Assembly (NCBI RefSeq): GCF_963921235.1 | Contig: NC_086108.1 | Location: 108,502,001-108,566,000 of the forward strand | DNA length: 64,000 bases | Reading direction: 5' to 3' | Origin: Mobula hypostoma | Taxonomy: Eukaryota | In this document: piece by piece, positions 1 to 12,000 of the stretch | Layout: every line of letters starts with the position of its first letter | How positions within the stretch are numbered: position 1 is the stretch's first letter | Position numbers and translations under genes: made by a program | Notes under the pieces: generated by a model | What the model saw: the letters and a program-made list of their open reading frames with translations, nothing else | What the model was told of the DNA's origin: nothing | Database searches by the model: none

Positions 1-621
1 TGCAGTTATAAAGAAGGCAAGACAGTGACTGTACTTCGTTAGGAGTTTGAAGAGGTTTGGTATGTCAACAAAAACACTCAAAAACTTCTATAGTTGTACT
101 GTGGAGAGCATTCTGACAGGCTGCATCACTGTCTGGTATGGAGGGGCTAAACTGCACAGGACCAAAAGAAGCTGCAAAGGGTCGTAAATTTAGTTAGCTC
201 CATCTTGGGCACTAGCCTACAAAGTACCCAAGACATCTTCAAGGAGCGATGTCTCAGAAAGGCAGCGTCCATTATTAAGGACCTCCAGCACCCAGGGCAT
301 GCCCTTTTCTCACTGTTACCATCAGGTAGGAGGTACAGAAGCTTGAAGGCACACACTCAGTGATTCAGGAACAGCTTCTTCCCCTCTGCCAACCAATTCC
401 TAAACGAACAGTAAACCCATGAACACTACCTCACTTTTTAAATATATATTATTTCTGTTTTTGCACAATTTTTAATCTATTCAATATACGTAAACTGAAA
501 TTGATTGATTTATTTATTTTTATTTTTTCTTCTTCTATATTATGTATTGTATTGAACTGCTACTGCTAAGTTAACAAATTTTGCAACACGTGCCAGTGAT
601 AATAAACCTGATTCTGATTCT
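1..621 (+). mobile_element. Rex1/Babar-type LINE, 3' fragment (decayed)
   Basis: Remnants of the RT C-terminus (..FYSCTVESILTGCITVWYG..) followed by an AT-rich 3'UTR ending aataaacctgattctgattct. Homologous to the ORF 15108-16229 and to 13110-13847. Confidence 0.75.
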
Positions 622-718
622 AAATAAATAGCTAACGTGCCTATTTGCAATTTGTACCTTCTGTTTCATTCATTGGATCCACAAACCATCCTCCACATGA
701 CAGGGTTGCACTAATTGA

Positions 719-722
719 TGTG

Positions 723-753
<31 letters not shown>

Positions 754-760
754 TGTATCT
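719..760. repeat. (TG)n microsatellite
   Basis: Direct TG dinucleotide run. Confidence 0.95.
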
Positions 761-1288
761 GCGTGTGTTTTGTTTTGTTTCGTTTCTGCAGGAGAGGCTT
801 CTTCCAGAAGTTTTGTACCGATATTTGTTCCCTTTCGCAGTAGAAGAGGGTTAATTTGTAAAACTCATGGAGCCTCTTCATTTCGCAGGGGAACTTCCTC
901 CCATGTTTTGAGCGTACACAAAGGATCAGCCTTGCGTTCAGTAAACCCTGCCATCATACACGCGTTTCTTTTGTTAGTGGTTGTTTTTGTTTCTGTTGTT
1001 GAAAGAATACACTGTATCACCTATCCCCTGACGGATTTGCTGCACCATTCCCGGTTCTCCTGGAGGGTAGAGGCTGTGTTGAACTTGTTTACAGGGGTTA
1101 ATCACTGCGAGGGTCCAGAGACGTTATTGCGATTCGCTCTACTGAAGGTAAGGACGGTCTGCAGAGAATTACACACTGCGGGGCAGTCAAAACAATGCAG
1201 TCATATTGGATTCCAGTAAAAACTGCGATCTATTCAATCCTTCACACTGTTCAGGGAGTTCAGAAACACAAGATATCCAGAGCAATTC

Positions 1289-1450
1289 ACACAAAATGCT
1301 GGAGCAACTCAGCAAGTCGGGCAGCATCTACGGAGAGGAAGGAGCAGGTTTGGGCCAAGACCCTTCGTCAGGACTCATATGAAGGGTCTCAGCCCGAAAC
1401 ATCGGCTCTTCGTTCCCTCACACAAATGCTCTGAGTTCCTCCAGCATTTT
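1289..1450. mobile_element. Short fold-back element derived from a Penelope pLTR, with two degenerate hammerhead motifs in opposite orientation
   Basis: Inverted arms aaaatgctggagcaactcag ... ctgagttcctccagcatttt, with internal gacccttcgtcaggact and atgaagggtctcagcccgaaac. Matches the terminus of the Penelope element at 19682-19780. Confidence 0.7.
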
Positions 1451-1536
1451 GAAAACCCAACCAAGTCTGCAGGTGCTGGAAATCCAAAGCACACACACAA
1501 AATGCAGGTCGGGAGCATCTATGGAGAGGAATAGAT

Positions 1537-1572
1537 AGTCAATGTTTCGGGCTGAGGTCCTTCTTCAGGACT
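1537..1572 (-). ncRNA. Minimal type I hammerhead ribozyme motif (slightly degenerate)
   Basis: Minus strand reads agtc-CTGAAGA-aggacctcagccc-GAAA-ca-TT-gact. Stem I is agtc/gact. Confidence 0.5.
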
Positions 1573-1674
1573 GAGAAGGAAGTGGAAAGGTGCCAGAATA
1601 AAGAGGTGAGGGGAGGGGAAGGAGGCTAGCTGGAAGGTGACGGGTGAAGCTAGGTGGGTGGGAAAGTCGAGAGA

Positions 1675-2086
1675 GATAGATAGATAGATATACTTTATTA
1701 ATCCCGAGGGAAATTTGGTTTTGTAACAGCCGCACCAACCAAGAATAGAGCGTAAATATAGCAATACAAAAACCACCAACAATCAAACAGCAAAATGCAA
1801 ACTATGCCAGCTGGAAAATAAGTCCAGGACCAGTCTATTGGCTCAGGGTGTCTGACCCTCCACGGGAGGAGCTGCACGTTCGATGGCCACAGGCAGGAAC
1901 GAACTCCCGTGCCACCAAGTGTTGTATCACGGTGGAATGTGGCCAAAGTCCCACAGTAAAAAGTTCAATATCCAGTCTGCAAACACGTTCCTCCATTGTA
2001 ATATGACCCGGATTGCACCATCTGTTGTTAACCAGATCAGTAAGCACCCAACTCCTTAACACTTACCGCTCTCAGTGCACTTCTGG
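1675..2086 (-). mobile_element. Rex1-type LINE 3' end with (GATA)n tail
   Basis: Encodes ..SSSRGGSDTLSQ*, like the end of ORF 6101-6994. Near-identical copy at 23903-24200. Confidence 0.7.
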
Positions 2087-2129
2087 TCAGCGAGGGCTGG
2101 AGAAGAAGGAATTTGATGGGAGATGAGAA

Positions 2130-2950
2130 TGGACCATAGGAGAAACTGAAGGTAAAATGTTTAAGGGAAACATGAGGGGAAACTTCTTCATTCAGAGGGT
2201 CATGAGAGTGTGGAACAAGCTGCCAGCACAAATGGTGCATGCAGCTACATTTAAGATCATAAGACTAAAAAGATATAGGAGCAGAATTAGGCCATTTGGC
2301 CCATTGAGTCTGCTCCACTATTTTATCATGGCTGATCCATTTTTCCTCTCAGCCCCTATCTCCTGCCTTTCCCCCATATCCCTTCATGCCCTGACCAATC
2401 AAGAATCTATCAACCTCTGACATAAATATACATAAAGACTTGTCCTCCACAGCCGCCGGGATGTGCTGTCATTGGAGAGGGTCCAGAGGAAGTTTCCGAG
2501 AATGATCCAAGAATGAAAGGGTTAAAGTATGAGGAGCATTTGAGGGCTCTGGGCCTGTACTCATGGGAGTTTAGAAAAATAAGGGGGAGGGACCTCATTG
2601 AAAACTATCGAATATTGAAAGGCCTAGATAGAGTGGACATGTAAAGGATGTTTCCTATAGTGGAGGAGTCTAGGACCAGAGGGCACAGCCTCAGAATAGA
2701 AGGATGACCCTTTGGAACAGAGATGAGCAGGAGTTTCTTTTGCCAGAGGGTGGTGTATCTGTGGAGTTTATTACTATAGACAGCTGTGGAGGCCAAGTCA
2801 TTGGGTATATTTAAAGTGGAGGTTAATAGTTTCTAAAGTTTACAGGGAGAAGGCAGGAGAATAAAGCTGAGAGGAAAATAAATCAGCCATGATGGATTGG
2901 TGGAGCAGACTTTATGGCCAAATTGCCCAGTTCAAATCCTGTATCTGCTG
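2130..2950. mobile_element. Cluster of old CR1 3' fragments (+, -, +)
   Basis: Typical CR1 ORF2 C-terminal motifs (FFIQRVMRVWNKLP; LGLYSWEFR; SRTRGHSLRI) and CR1 3'UTR pieces. Confidence 0.75.
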
Positions 2951-3344
2951 GTGAGATACGAGATTGCCGCAGAAGAGAGAGGGCTGCATTACTTCTACCT
3001 GCTTCTCTTTCTTGCTGTTTGCTATGCAGACTGAGTTTGGATGCCAGGGTAACGTTCGTGACCTCACAGAGCTCCCAAGTGCTTATCGTTGAGTTCCCCT
3101 CTTTGATATTGCAGAAATATGATAGCTGGATTGCATTCAGCTAGCCCCTACAGGCTGTAGCATACGATGACCAGATAAAGCCATGTTCATTGTAGAACAA
3201 TGGCTCAAATTCCATGCGCATCTCTCTGGAGCGTATTGTTGGTTATGTTGTGATATATGGGGAATTCTATCAGGATATGAGACATGGAGAAGGAGGTATA
3301 TATGAAAAATCAGTAGCCACATCTGGACAAAACTTTGCTGTCAT

Positions 3345-4020
3345 GGGGCTACAGCTGGATGGAGTATCCCAAATGGAGGCTTAGTCTGGGAGCAGCTCCA
3401 CAGTAGGATCAAGGCTGGGAGGAGCTCCACCATGGGGCTAAAGCTGGGAGGAATTCCACCATGGAGCCAAAGCTGGGAGGAGCTCCACCATGGGGCCAAA
3501 GCTGGGAGGAGCTCCACCATGGGGTCAAAGCTGGGAGGAGCTCCACAATGGGGCCAGAGCTAGGAGGAGCTCCACCATGGGGTCAAAGCTGGGAGGAGCT
3601 CCACTATGGGGCCAGAGCTGGGAGGAGCTCCACCATGGGGTCAAAGCTGGGAGGAGCTCCATTATGGGGCCAAAGCTGGGAGGAGCTCCACTATGGGGCC
3701 AAGGCCAGAGATCGAGCAAAGATGGGAGGAGCTCCACAATGGGGCTGTGATGAGGAAGAGCTTTGTTGTTGGACTAAGGCTGGAAATAGTTCCACTGTGG
3801 GGCCACGATGAGGAGCAACACTATGGGAGCATAGCTGGGAAAAGTTCTTCTCTTTCTCTGTGCCCAAGGCAGGAAAAGCTATGACGCGGGGTGACAGCTG
3901 GATAGAGATCCCAACTGGAGACCGACCAGGAGCAGCTCCGCAGTAGGACCAAAACTGGCAGGAGCTCCGTAGAGGGTCTGCAACTAGGAGAAGCTCTGCC
4001 ATTGAACCAAGGCTGGGAGA
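3345..4020. repeat. 29-bp minisatellite (ggggccaaagctgggaggagctccaccat), homogeneous core about 3413-3703 with degenerate flanks
   Basis: About 10 near-identical tandem units with no spacers. The overlapping repetitive ORFs in all three + frames follow from the 29-bp period. Confidence 0.95.
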
Positions 4021-4764
4021 TTCTCTGACGTCCAGCCAGAACTGAGAGAAATGAAGAAAGGTGTTTTTTTTCCACCTCACAGCCAGATTAAAGCTTGTGT
4101 GTTCTTTTTAGTTTTTCCTTTAACATTGGTAGATAATTAAAGCGAGTTGGAATAGATGCAAATGGCAAATTGAAGTGGCTTTCTCAGACTTAAATGTGGA
4201 AAATCCATTTTCTGCTGATTAGTGAACTGAGAACACCATGGGGAAAATTTAATACCGTCACCAGAAGAATGAAAGAAATCATTCAGGCAACTTTTCTTTA
4301 ACATCGAGTGATGTTGGACGTGATATCCAGTGCAGGAAATTACACATTAACAATTTGCATTTATATAACACCTATAAGATTGTTGAAGATCTCAAAGCAG
4401 GAGTGTCAATAGATCAGGTTTGTTGTCACCGTGTATAATTTATGTTTGATTTTATGTTTTTCTTGTGAATGCTGCTTATCTGATGCTCTGTGCCTGTGAT
4501 ACTGCTCCAAGCAAGATATTCATTACGCCTGTGCACACATGTACAATATTTGCGCATATGACAATAAACCTGACTTTCACTCTTCACTCGAAATCTCTCC
4601 ATGTATCTGCCCAAATCTCTTTTTAAGTTTTGTTATCTTACCCACCTCCACCCTTCCTCTGGCAGCTAATTCCACATACCCACCACCTTCTTAGGCTCCC
4701 TTAACCTTTTTTCTCTCCCCTTAAACCTATGCTCCCTGGTTTTCAAACCTCACCCTTGGGACAG

Positions 4765-4920
4765 TAACATAGCTGTTAGTATGACCCTGCTACAGCTTGG
4801 GGCGTTGGAGTTCGGAGTTCAATTCCAACGTCCTCTGTAGGACAAATTGTACGGTCTTCCTGTGAGCACACAGATTTCCTGTGGGTGCTCCGGTTTCCTT
4901 CCATAGTCCGAAGATGCATC
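4765..4920 (+). mobile_element. tRNA-derived SINE (HE1/V-SINE-like). Other copies at about 8490-8755(-), 12280-12530(+), 18050-18270(-), 18360-18600(+), 35020-35300(+), 35400-35620(+), 47275-47720(+), 54010-54270(-), 56125-56245(+), 63340-63520(-)
   Basis: Recurrent core ggttcaattcc...gagtttgtacgttctccc...gggtttcctccgggtgctccggtttcctcccac with a B-box-like GTTCAATTCC. Confidence 0.7.
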
Positions 4921-4954
4921 TAGATCAGGCAGTAGTAAATCAAGGCAACTGGGC

Positions 4955-5335
4955 TTGCTATGTTGTCTAGAAGAAGTTTCTCCACTCATCTGAGAAACTT
5001 CTTTATTTCTGGTCCATGGTGGGCAGTTTTCCGGCTTTTAGACTCTATGAGTTGTTTAAAGTACAGCAATCACATGTAGCACATTTTGGACAGGGAGGAC
5101 AGGTGGTTTGAAAGAAGCCATCTTTGTCAAACTGGAAGACCCATCCCTGAACAGAGGAGGTGGGGTACAACACTAGCTATAAGCTATTTACAATGCAGTC
5201 CTAACATCTCTACCCCAGCATCTCCACGACAGTTCACACCTCCATTCATGCAAAGATAAGGCTAACGACCTTCTCATTACCTCTACTACTCTTAACATAG
5301 CGATCACGAGGGTCGTTACCACAGGCAGTTATGGA
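4955..5335. mobile_element. Decayed Penelope-like fragment (GIY-YIG C-terminus and pLTR)
   Basis: ..WFER-EAIFVKLEDPSLNRGGG.. motif at about 5104-5165, and a degenerate hammerhead-like motif on the minus strand at about 4960-5010. Confidence 0.5.
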
Positions 5336-5967
5336 GGTTGATGGGTGTATTTAAGGCGGGGATTGATAGGTTCTTGATTGGACATGACATCAAAGGTTAC
5401 AGAAGAAGGCTGGGGAGTGGGGCTGTGCAGGTGGAAAAAAAAGGATCAACCATAGTTGAATGGTGGAACAGATTTGATGGGCCAAATTGCCTAACCCTGC
5501 TCCTATGTCTTATGATCTTTTGCTCTAACCCAGGTGAGAAGAGCTGGTGGCCTCATACCCCAGTGAGATAGGGATATGCCTGTCCTAGTATGTAAAATCA
5601 GCTCTGGCGGACCGGGCGGATGAGATCCAATGGCCAGGAAGGCAGTTCTGCCACGCTCCATGGAGAGCGAGGGGCATGACAGGACACAGAAGAAGTTATG
5701 GTTAACCACTGCAACCCCAGTTTGTGACGCTTGTCAGTACCACCGGACCCAGACCTCTGAGGCTGAGAGAGTGGAACTGCCCCAGTGCTCTCCAGCACAG
5801 ATTTTCTGACACCGTTGGACATATTGGTCAGCCTCCAAATTGGCGGGTTGCAGGGCAGCACGGCTTGCTGGGTTGGAAGGGCCTGTTCCACATTAATCAA
5901 ATTAAATTAAATAAAGACTGTGACTATTCACGTTATCTATGCCCGTCGTGAAGTTATAAACCTCCTA

Positions 5968-6993
5968 CATAGTCATAGTCATACCTTATTGATCCCGGGG
6001 GAAATTGGTTTTCGTTACAGTTGCACCATAAATAATAAATAGTAATAAAACCATAAATAGTAATATGTAAATTATGCCAGGAAATAAGTCCAGGACCAGC
6101 CTATTGGCTCAGGATGTCTGACCCTCCAAGGGAGGAGTTGTAAAGTTTGTTGGCCACAGGCAGGAATGACTTCCTATGACGCTCTGTGCTGCATCTCAGT
6201 GGAATGAGTCTCTGGCTGAATGTACTCCTGTGCCCACCCAGTACATTATGTAGTGAATGGGAGACATTGTCCAAGATGGCATGCAACTTGGACAGCATCC
6301 TCTTTTCAGACACCACCGTCAGAGAGTCCAGTTCCATCCCCACAACATCACTGGCCTTACGAATGAGTTTGTTGATTCTGTTGGTGTCTGCTCCCCTCAG
6401 CCTGCTGACCCAGCACACAACAGCAAACATGATAGCACTGGCCACCACAGACTCGTAGAACATCCTTAGCATTGTCCGGCAGATGTTAAAGGACCTCAGT
6501 CTCCTCAGGAAATAGAGACGGCTCTGACCCTTCTTGTAGACAACCTCAGTGTTCTTTGACCAGTCCAGTTTATTGTCAATTCGCATCCCTAGGTATTTGT
6601 AATCCTCCACCAAGTCCACACTGACCCCCTGGATGGAAACAGGGGTCACCAGTACCTTAGCTCTCCTGAGGTCTACCACTAGCTCCTTAGTCTTTTTCAC
6701 ATTAAGCTGCAGATAATTCTGCTCACACCATGTGACAAAGTTTCCTACCGTAGCCCTGTACTCAGCCTCACCTCCCTTGCTGATGCATCCAACTATGGCA
6801 GAGTCATCAGAAAACTTCTGAAGATGACAAGACTCTGTGCAGTAGTTGAAGTCCGAGGTGTAAATGGTGAAGAGAAAGGGAGACAAGACAGTCCCCTGTG
6901 AAGCCCCAGTGCTGCTGATCACTCTGTCGGACACACAGCGTTGCAAGCACACGTACTGTGGTCTGCTAGTCAGGTAATCAAGAATCCATGACA
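5968..6993 (-). mobile_element. Rex1/Babar LINE, 5'-truncated and young. Open RT C-terminal ORF at 6101-6994
   Basis: ORF contains TGASQGTVLSPFLF, KFSDD and YKYLG. (ATAGTC)n tail. Candidate TSD ctacat at 5965-5970 and 6994-6999. Confidence 0.88.
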
Positions 6994-7006
6994 CTACATC
7001 TCCCCT

Positions 7007-7905
7007 GACACAAAGGTTGGGGGTGTTGTGGATAGTGTGGAAGGCTGTCAGAGGTTACAGTGGGACATTGATAGCATACAAAACTGGACTGAGAAGTGGC
7101 AGATGGAGTTCAACCCAGATAAGTGTGAGGTGGTTCATTTTGGTAGGTCAAATATGATGGCAGAATATAGTATTAATGGTAAGACTCTTGGCAGCGTGGA
7201 GGATCAGAGGGATCTTGGGGTCCGAGTCCATAGGACACTCAAAGCTGCTATGCAGGTTGACTCTGTGGTTAAGAAGGCATACGGTGTATTGGCCTTCATC
7301 AATCATGGGATTGAGTTTAAGAGCCGAGAGGTAATGTTGCAGCTATATAGGACCCTGGTCAGACCCCGCTTGGAGTACTGTGTTCAATTCTGGTCACCTC
7401 ACTACAGGAAGGATGTGGAAACCATAGAAAGGGTGCAGAGGAGATTTACAAGGATGTTGCCTGGATTGGGGAGCATGCCTTATGAGAATAGGTTGAGTGA
7501 ATTCGGCCTTTTCTCCTTTGGAGCGACGGAGGATGAGAGGTGACCTGATAGAGGTGTACAAGATGATGAGAGACATTGATCATGTGGATAGTCAGAAGCT
7601 TTTTTCCCAGGGCTGAAATGGCTATCATGAGGGGGCACAGGTTTAAGGTGCTTGGCAGTAGGTACAGAGGAGATATCAGGTGTAAGTTTTTTACGCAGAG
7701 AGTGGTGAGTGCGTGGAATGGGCTGCCGGCGACGGTGGTGGAGGCGGAAATGATAGGGTCTTTTAAGAGACTCCTGGATGGGTACATGGAGCTTAGGAAA
7801 ATAGAGAGATATGGGTAAGCCTAGGTATTTCTGAGGTAAGTATATGTTCGGCTCAGCTTTGTGGGCCGATGGGCCTGTATTGTGCTGTAGGTTTTCTATG
7901 TTTCT
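7007..7905 (+). mobile_element. CR1 LINE (family B), 5'-truncated
   Basis: WQMEFNPDKCEV and LYRTLVRPRLEYCVQFWSP motifs, one frameshift near 7518, and a 3' tail ttttctatgtttcta. Confidence 0.92.
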
Positions 7906-8982
7906 ACGCTCCTCTGCCTCCTTCACTCCAGTGTCTCAAGCCTTTAAGTCGAGCCAACTGATCAAAAAAATGAAGGTCTATGTAGGAGGGAAGGGTTAGA
8001 TTGATCTTTGAGTTGGTTAGAAGGTCAGCACAACATTTTAGGCCGGGGGGGGGGGAGCCTGTACTATGCTGTAATGCTCTATGTCTCTGACTTGAAACAT
8101 TGACCCTGTCTCTCTTCCCATGGGGAGAGTATTCCCAGTATTTTCTGTTTGTGTATCTGAAGTGATCTCATTGATCAGGGAGGTGTTGGAACCAGCCATT
8201 GTCTGAACCTGTCCATCAATGCTTTTAAATTTCCCTGAAGTCTTATTAGATCATGAGGTACACAGTAAAGGTGGGTGGTCACAGACTTTTTCTCAGGGCT
8301 GTGAGACTAAAACTGGAGTGCATGTTTAAGGTGAGAGTGGGTAAATGTCTCGACTTGTCTCTACATATCAAGTTCAAGTTTAATTGTCATTCAACCATAA
8401 GCATGAATACAGCCAAATAAAATAGTGCTCCTCTGAGTGAAGGTGAAAAGCACAGTATCAAAGGTCACACACTACTTATTTTGAGATACACCATGGGACA
8501 GGCCCTTCTGGCCCTTTGAGCCATGCTGCCCAGCAACCCCGGATTTAATCCTAGTCGAATCAGGGGACAATTTATAAGGACCAATTAACCTACCAACAGG
8601 TAGGTCTTTGGAACTGGGAGGAAACTGCAGCATGCAGAGGAAACCCATGTAGTCACGGGGAGAATGTCAGATCTTTCAGATAATGTCGGAATTGAACTCT
8701 GAACCCTGACTCCCCAAGCAGTAATAGTGTCACACTAACCACTACGCTACTGTGGTGCACATACTGTATAATTATGGTAGGAGAGAAACGTAGTCACAGA
8801 AAAATATAAAGCCCTGAGTATCAGGGCCTGTAGGTTGATGGTGCATGGGATGTTGTTCCAGAGCCACGTTTCTGACAAAAAAAAATCAAAATTGGCTTTC
8901 AGTTTGAATTGCCAATTACTTGATTTTAAACTGTGACTCTGGGTTTTGGATTCTCTGACAAGGGGAAGTAATCTCCCCACAT

Positions 8983-9045
8983 CCTAGGGGCACCAATATC
9001 CTGGCAGGGAGATTAGCGGGGGCTACTGAGGTGACTTTAAACTAG
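8983..9045 (+). CDS. CR1 ORF1 C-terminal remnant (PRGTNILAGRLAGATEVTLN*), end of the SGNH-esterase-like domain
   Basis: Translated by hand. Resembles the HLNxRGTNILAxR ending of CR1 ORF1 esterase domains. Stop TAG at 9043-9045. Confidence 0.7.
   Translation, partial: PRGTNILAGRLAGATEVTLN
9036..9045 (+). promoter_or_regulatory. Candidate -1 ribosomal frameshift site T_TTA_AAC followed immediately by TAG
   Basis: X_XXY_YYZ heptamer correctly phased in the ORF1 frame (act tta aac tag). The -1 frame (ttt aaa cta gaa tgg ttg) is the ORF2 frame. Confidence 0.6.
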
Positions 9046-9050
9046 AATGG

Positions 9051-12000
9051 TTGGGGGGTGGGAATCAAATTAAAGAGGCTAGGCGTGAGGAGGTTAGTTC
9101 ACAACAGGGGGATGGGAACCAGTGCAGAGAGACAGAGGGGTGTAAAGTGAGGGTAGAAGCAGAAAGTACTAAGGAGAAAAGTAAAAGTGGCAGGCCGACA
9201 AATCCAGGGCAAGCATTAAAAAGGGCCACTTTTCAACATAATTGTATAAGGGCTAAGAGAGTTGTAAAAGAGCGCCTGAAGGCTTTGTGTGTCAATGCAA
9301 GGAGCATTCGTAATAAGGTGGATGAATTGAAAGTGCAGATTGTTATTAATGATTATGATATAGTTGGGATCACAGAGACATGGCTCCAGGGTGACCAGGG
9401 ATGGGAGCTCAACGTTCAGGGATATTCAATATTCAAGAGGGATAGAAATGAAGGAAGGGGAGGTGGGGTGGCGTTGCTGGTTAAAGAAGAGATTAACGCA
9501 ATAGAAAGGAAGGACATAAGCCGGGAAGATGTGGAATCGATATGGGTAGAGCTGCGTAACACGAAGGGGCAGAAGACGCTGGTGGGAGTTGTGTACAGGC
9601 CACCTAACAGTAGTAGTGAGGTCGGAGATGGTATTAAACAGGAAATTAGAAATGTGTGCAATAAAGGAACAGCAGTTATAATGGGTGACTTCAATCTACA
9701 TGTAGATTGGGTGAACCAAATTGGTAAAGGTGCTGAGGAAGAGGATTTCTTGGAAAGTTTGCGGGATGGTTTTTTGAACCAAAATGTCGAGGAACCAACT
9801 AGCGAGCAGGCTATTCTGGACTGGGTTTTGAGCAATGAGGAAGGGTTAATTAGCGATCTTGTCGTGAGAGGCCCCTTGGGTAAGAGTGACCATAATATGG
9901 TGGAATTCTTCATTAAGATGGAGAGTGACATAGTTAATTCAGAAACAAAGGTTCTGAACTTAAAGAGGGGTAACTTTGAAGGTATGAGACGTGAATTAGC
10001 TAAGATAGACTGGCAAATGACACTTAAAGGATTGACGGTGGATATGCAATGGCAAGCATTTAAAGGTTGCATGGATGAACTACAACAATTGTTCATCCCA
10101 GTTTGGCAAAAGAATAAATCAAGGAAGGTAGTGCACCCGTGGCTGACAAGAGAAATTAGGGATAGTATCAATTCCAAAGAAGAAGCATACAAATTAGCCA
10201 GAGAAAGTGGCTCACCTGAGGACTGGGAGAAATTCAGAGTTCAGCAGAGGAGGACAAAGGGCTTAATTAGGAAGAGGAAAAAAGATTATGAGAGAAAACT
10301 GGCAGGGAACATAAAAACGGACTGTAAAAGCTTTTATAGATATGTAAAAAGGAAAAGACTGGTAAAGACAAATGTAGGTCCCCTGCAGACAGAAACAGGT
10401 GAATTGATTATGGGGAGCAAGGACATGGCAGACCAATTGAATAATTACTTTGGTTCTGTCTTCACTAAGGAGGACATAAATAATCTTCCAGAAATAGTAG
10501 GGGACAGAGGGTCCAGTGAGATGGAGGAACTGAGCGAAATACATGTTAGTAGGGAAGTGGTGTTAGGTAAATTGAAGGGATTGAAGGCAGATAAATCCCC
10601 AGGGCCAGATGGTCTGCATCCTAGAGTGCTTAAGGAAGTAGCCCAAGAAATAGTGGATGCATTAGTGATAATTTTTCAAAACTCGTTAGATTCTGGACTA
10701 GTTTCTGAGGATTGGAGGGTGGCTAATGTAACTCCACTTTTTAAAAAAGGAGGGAGAGAGAAACCGGGGAATTATAGACCGGTTAGCCTATCGTCGGTGG
10801 TGGGGAAACTGCTGGAGTCATTTATCAAGGATGTGATAACAGCACATTTGGAAAGCGGAGAAATGATCGGACAAAGTCAGCATGGATTTGTGAAAGGAAA
10901 ATCATGTCTGACGAATCTCATAGAATTTTTTGAGGATGTAACTAGTAGAGTGGATAGGGGAGAACCAGTGGATGTGGTATATTTGGATTTTCAAAAGGCT
11001 TTTGACAAGGTCCCACACAGGAGATTAGTGTGCAAACTTAAAGCACACGGTATTGGGGGTAAGGTATTGGTGTGGGTGGAGAATTGGTTAGCAGACAGGA
11101 AGCAAAGAGTGGGAATAAACGGGACCTTTTCAGAATGGCAGACGGTGACTATTGGGGTACCGCAAGGCTCAGTGCTGGGACCCCAGTTGTTTACAATATA
11201 TATTAATGACTTGGATGAGGGAATTAAATGCAGCATCTCCAAGTTTGCGGATGACACGAAGCTGGGTGGCAGTGTTAGCTGTGAGGAGGATGCTAAGAGG
11301 ATGCAGGGTGACTTGGATAGATTGGGTGAGTGGGCAAATTCATGGCAGATGCAATTTAATGTGGATAAATGTGAAGTTATCCACTTTGGTGGCAAAAATA
11401 GGAAAACAGTTTATTATCTGAATGGTGGCCGATTAGGAAAAGGGGAGGTGCAACGAGACCTGGTTGTCATTATACACCAGTCATTGAAAGTGGGCATGCA
11501 GGTACAGCAGGCGGTGAAAAAGGCGAATGGTATGCTGGCATTTATAGCGAGAGGATTCGAGTACAGGAGCAGGGAGGTACTACTGCAGTTGTACAAGGCC
11601 TTGGTGAGACCACACCTGGAGTATTGTGTGCAGTTTTGGTCCCCTAATCTGAGGAAAGACATCCTTGCCATAGAGGGAGTACAAAGAAGGTTCACCAGAT
11701 TGATTCCTGGGATGGCAGGACTTTCATATGAAGAAAGACTGGATGAACTGGGCTTGTACTCGTTGGAATTTAGAAGATTGAGGGGGGATCTGATTGAAAC
11801 GTATAAGATCCTAAAGGGATTGGACAGGCTAGATGCGGGAAGATTGTTCCCGATGTTGGGGAAGTCCAGAACGAGGGGCCACAGTTTGAGGATAGAGGGG
11901 AAGCCTTTTAGGACCGAGATTAGGAAAAACTTCTTCACACAGAGAGTGGTGAATCTGTGGAATTCTCTGCCACAGGAAACAGTTGAGGCCGGTTCATTGG

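Noticed and set aside
722..1219. 165-aa ORF and possible + strand exon (donor gtaagg at 1148)
   Set aside because: The ORF starts in the TG repeat and has no recognisable homology. Splice-like signals alone are not enough.
3413..3703. CRISPR-like array (29-bp partly palindromic repeats)
   Set aside because: The units are directly tandem with no unique spacers, there are no cas genes, and the context is eukaryotic.
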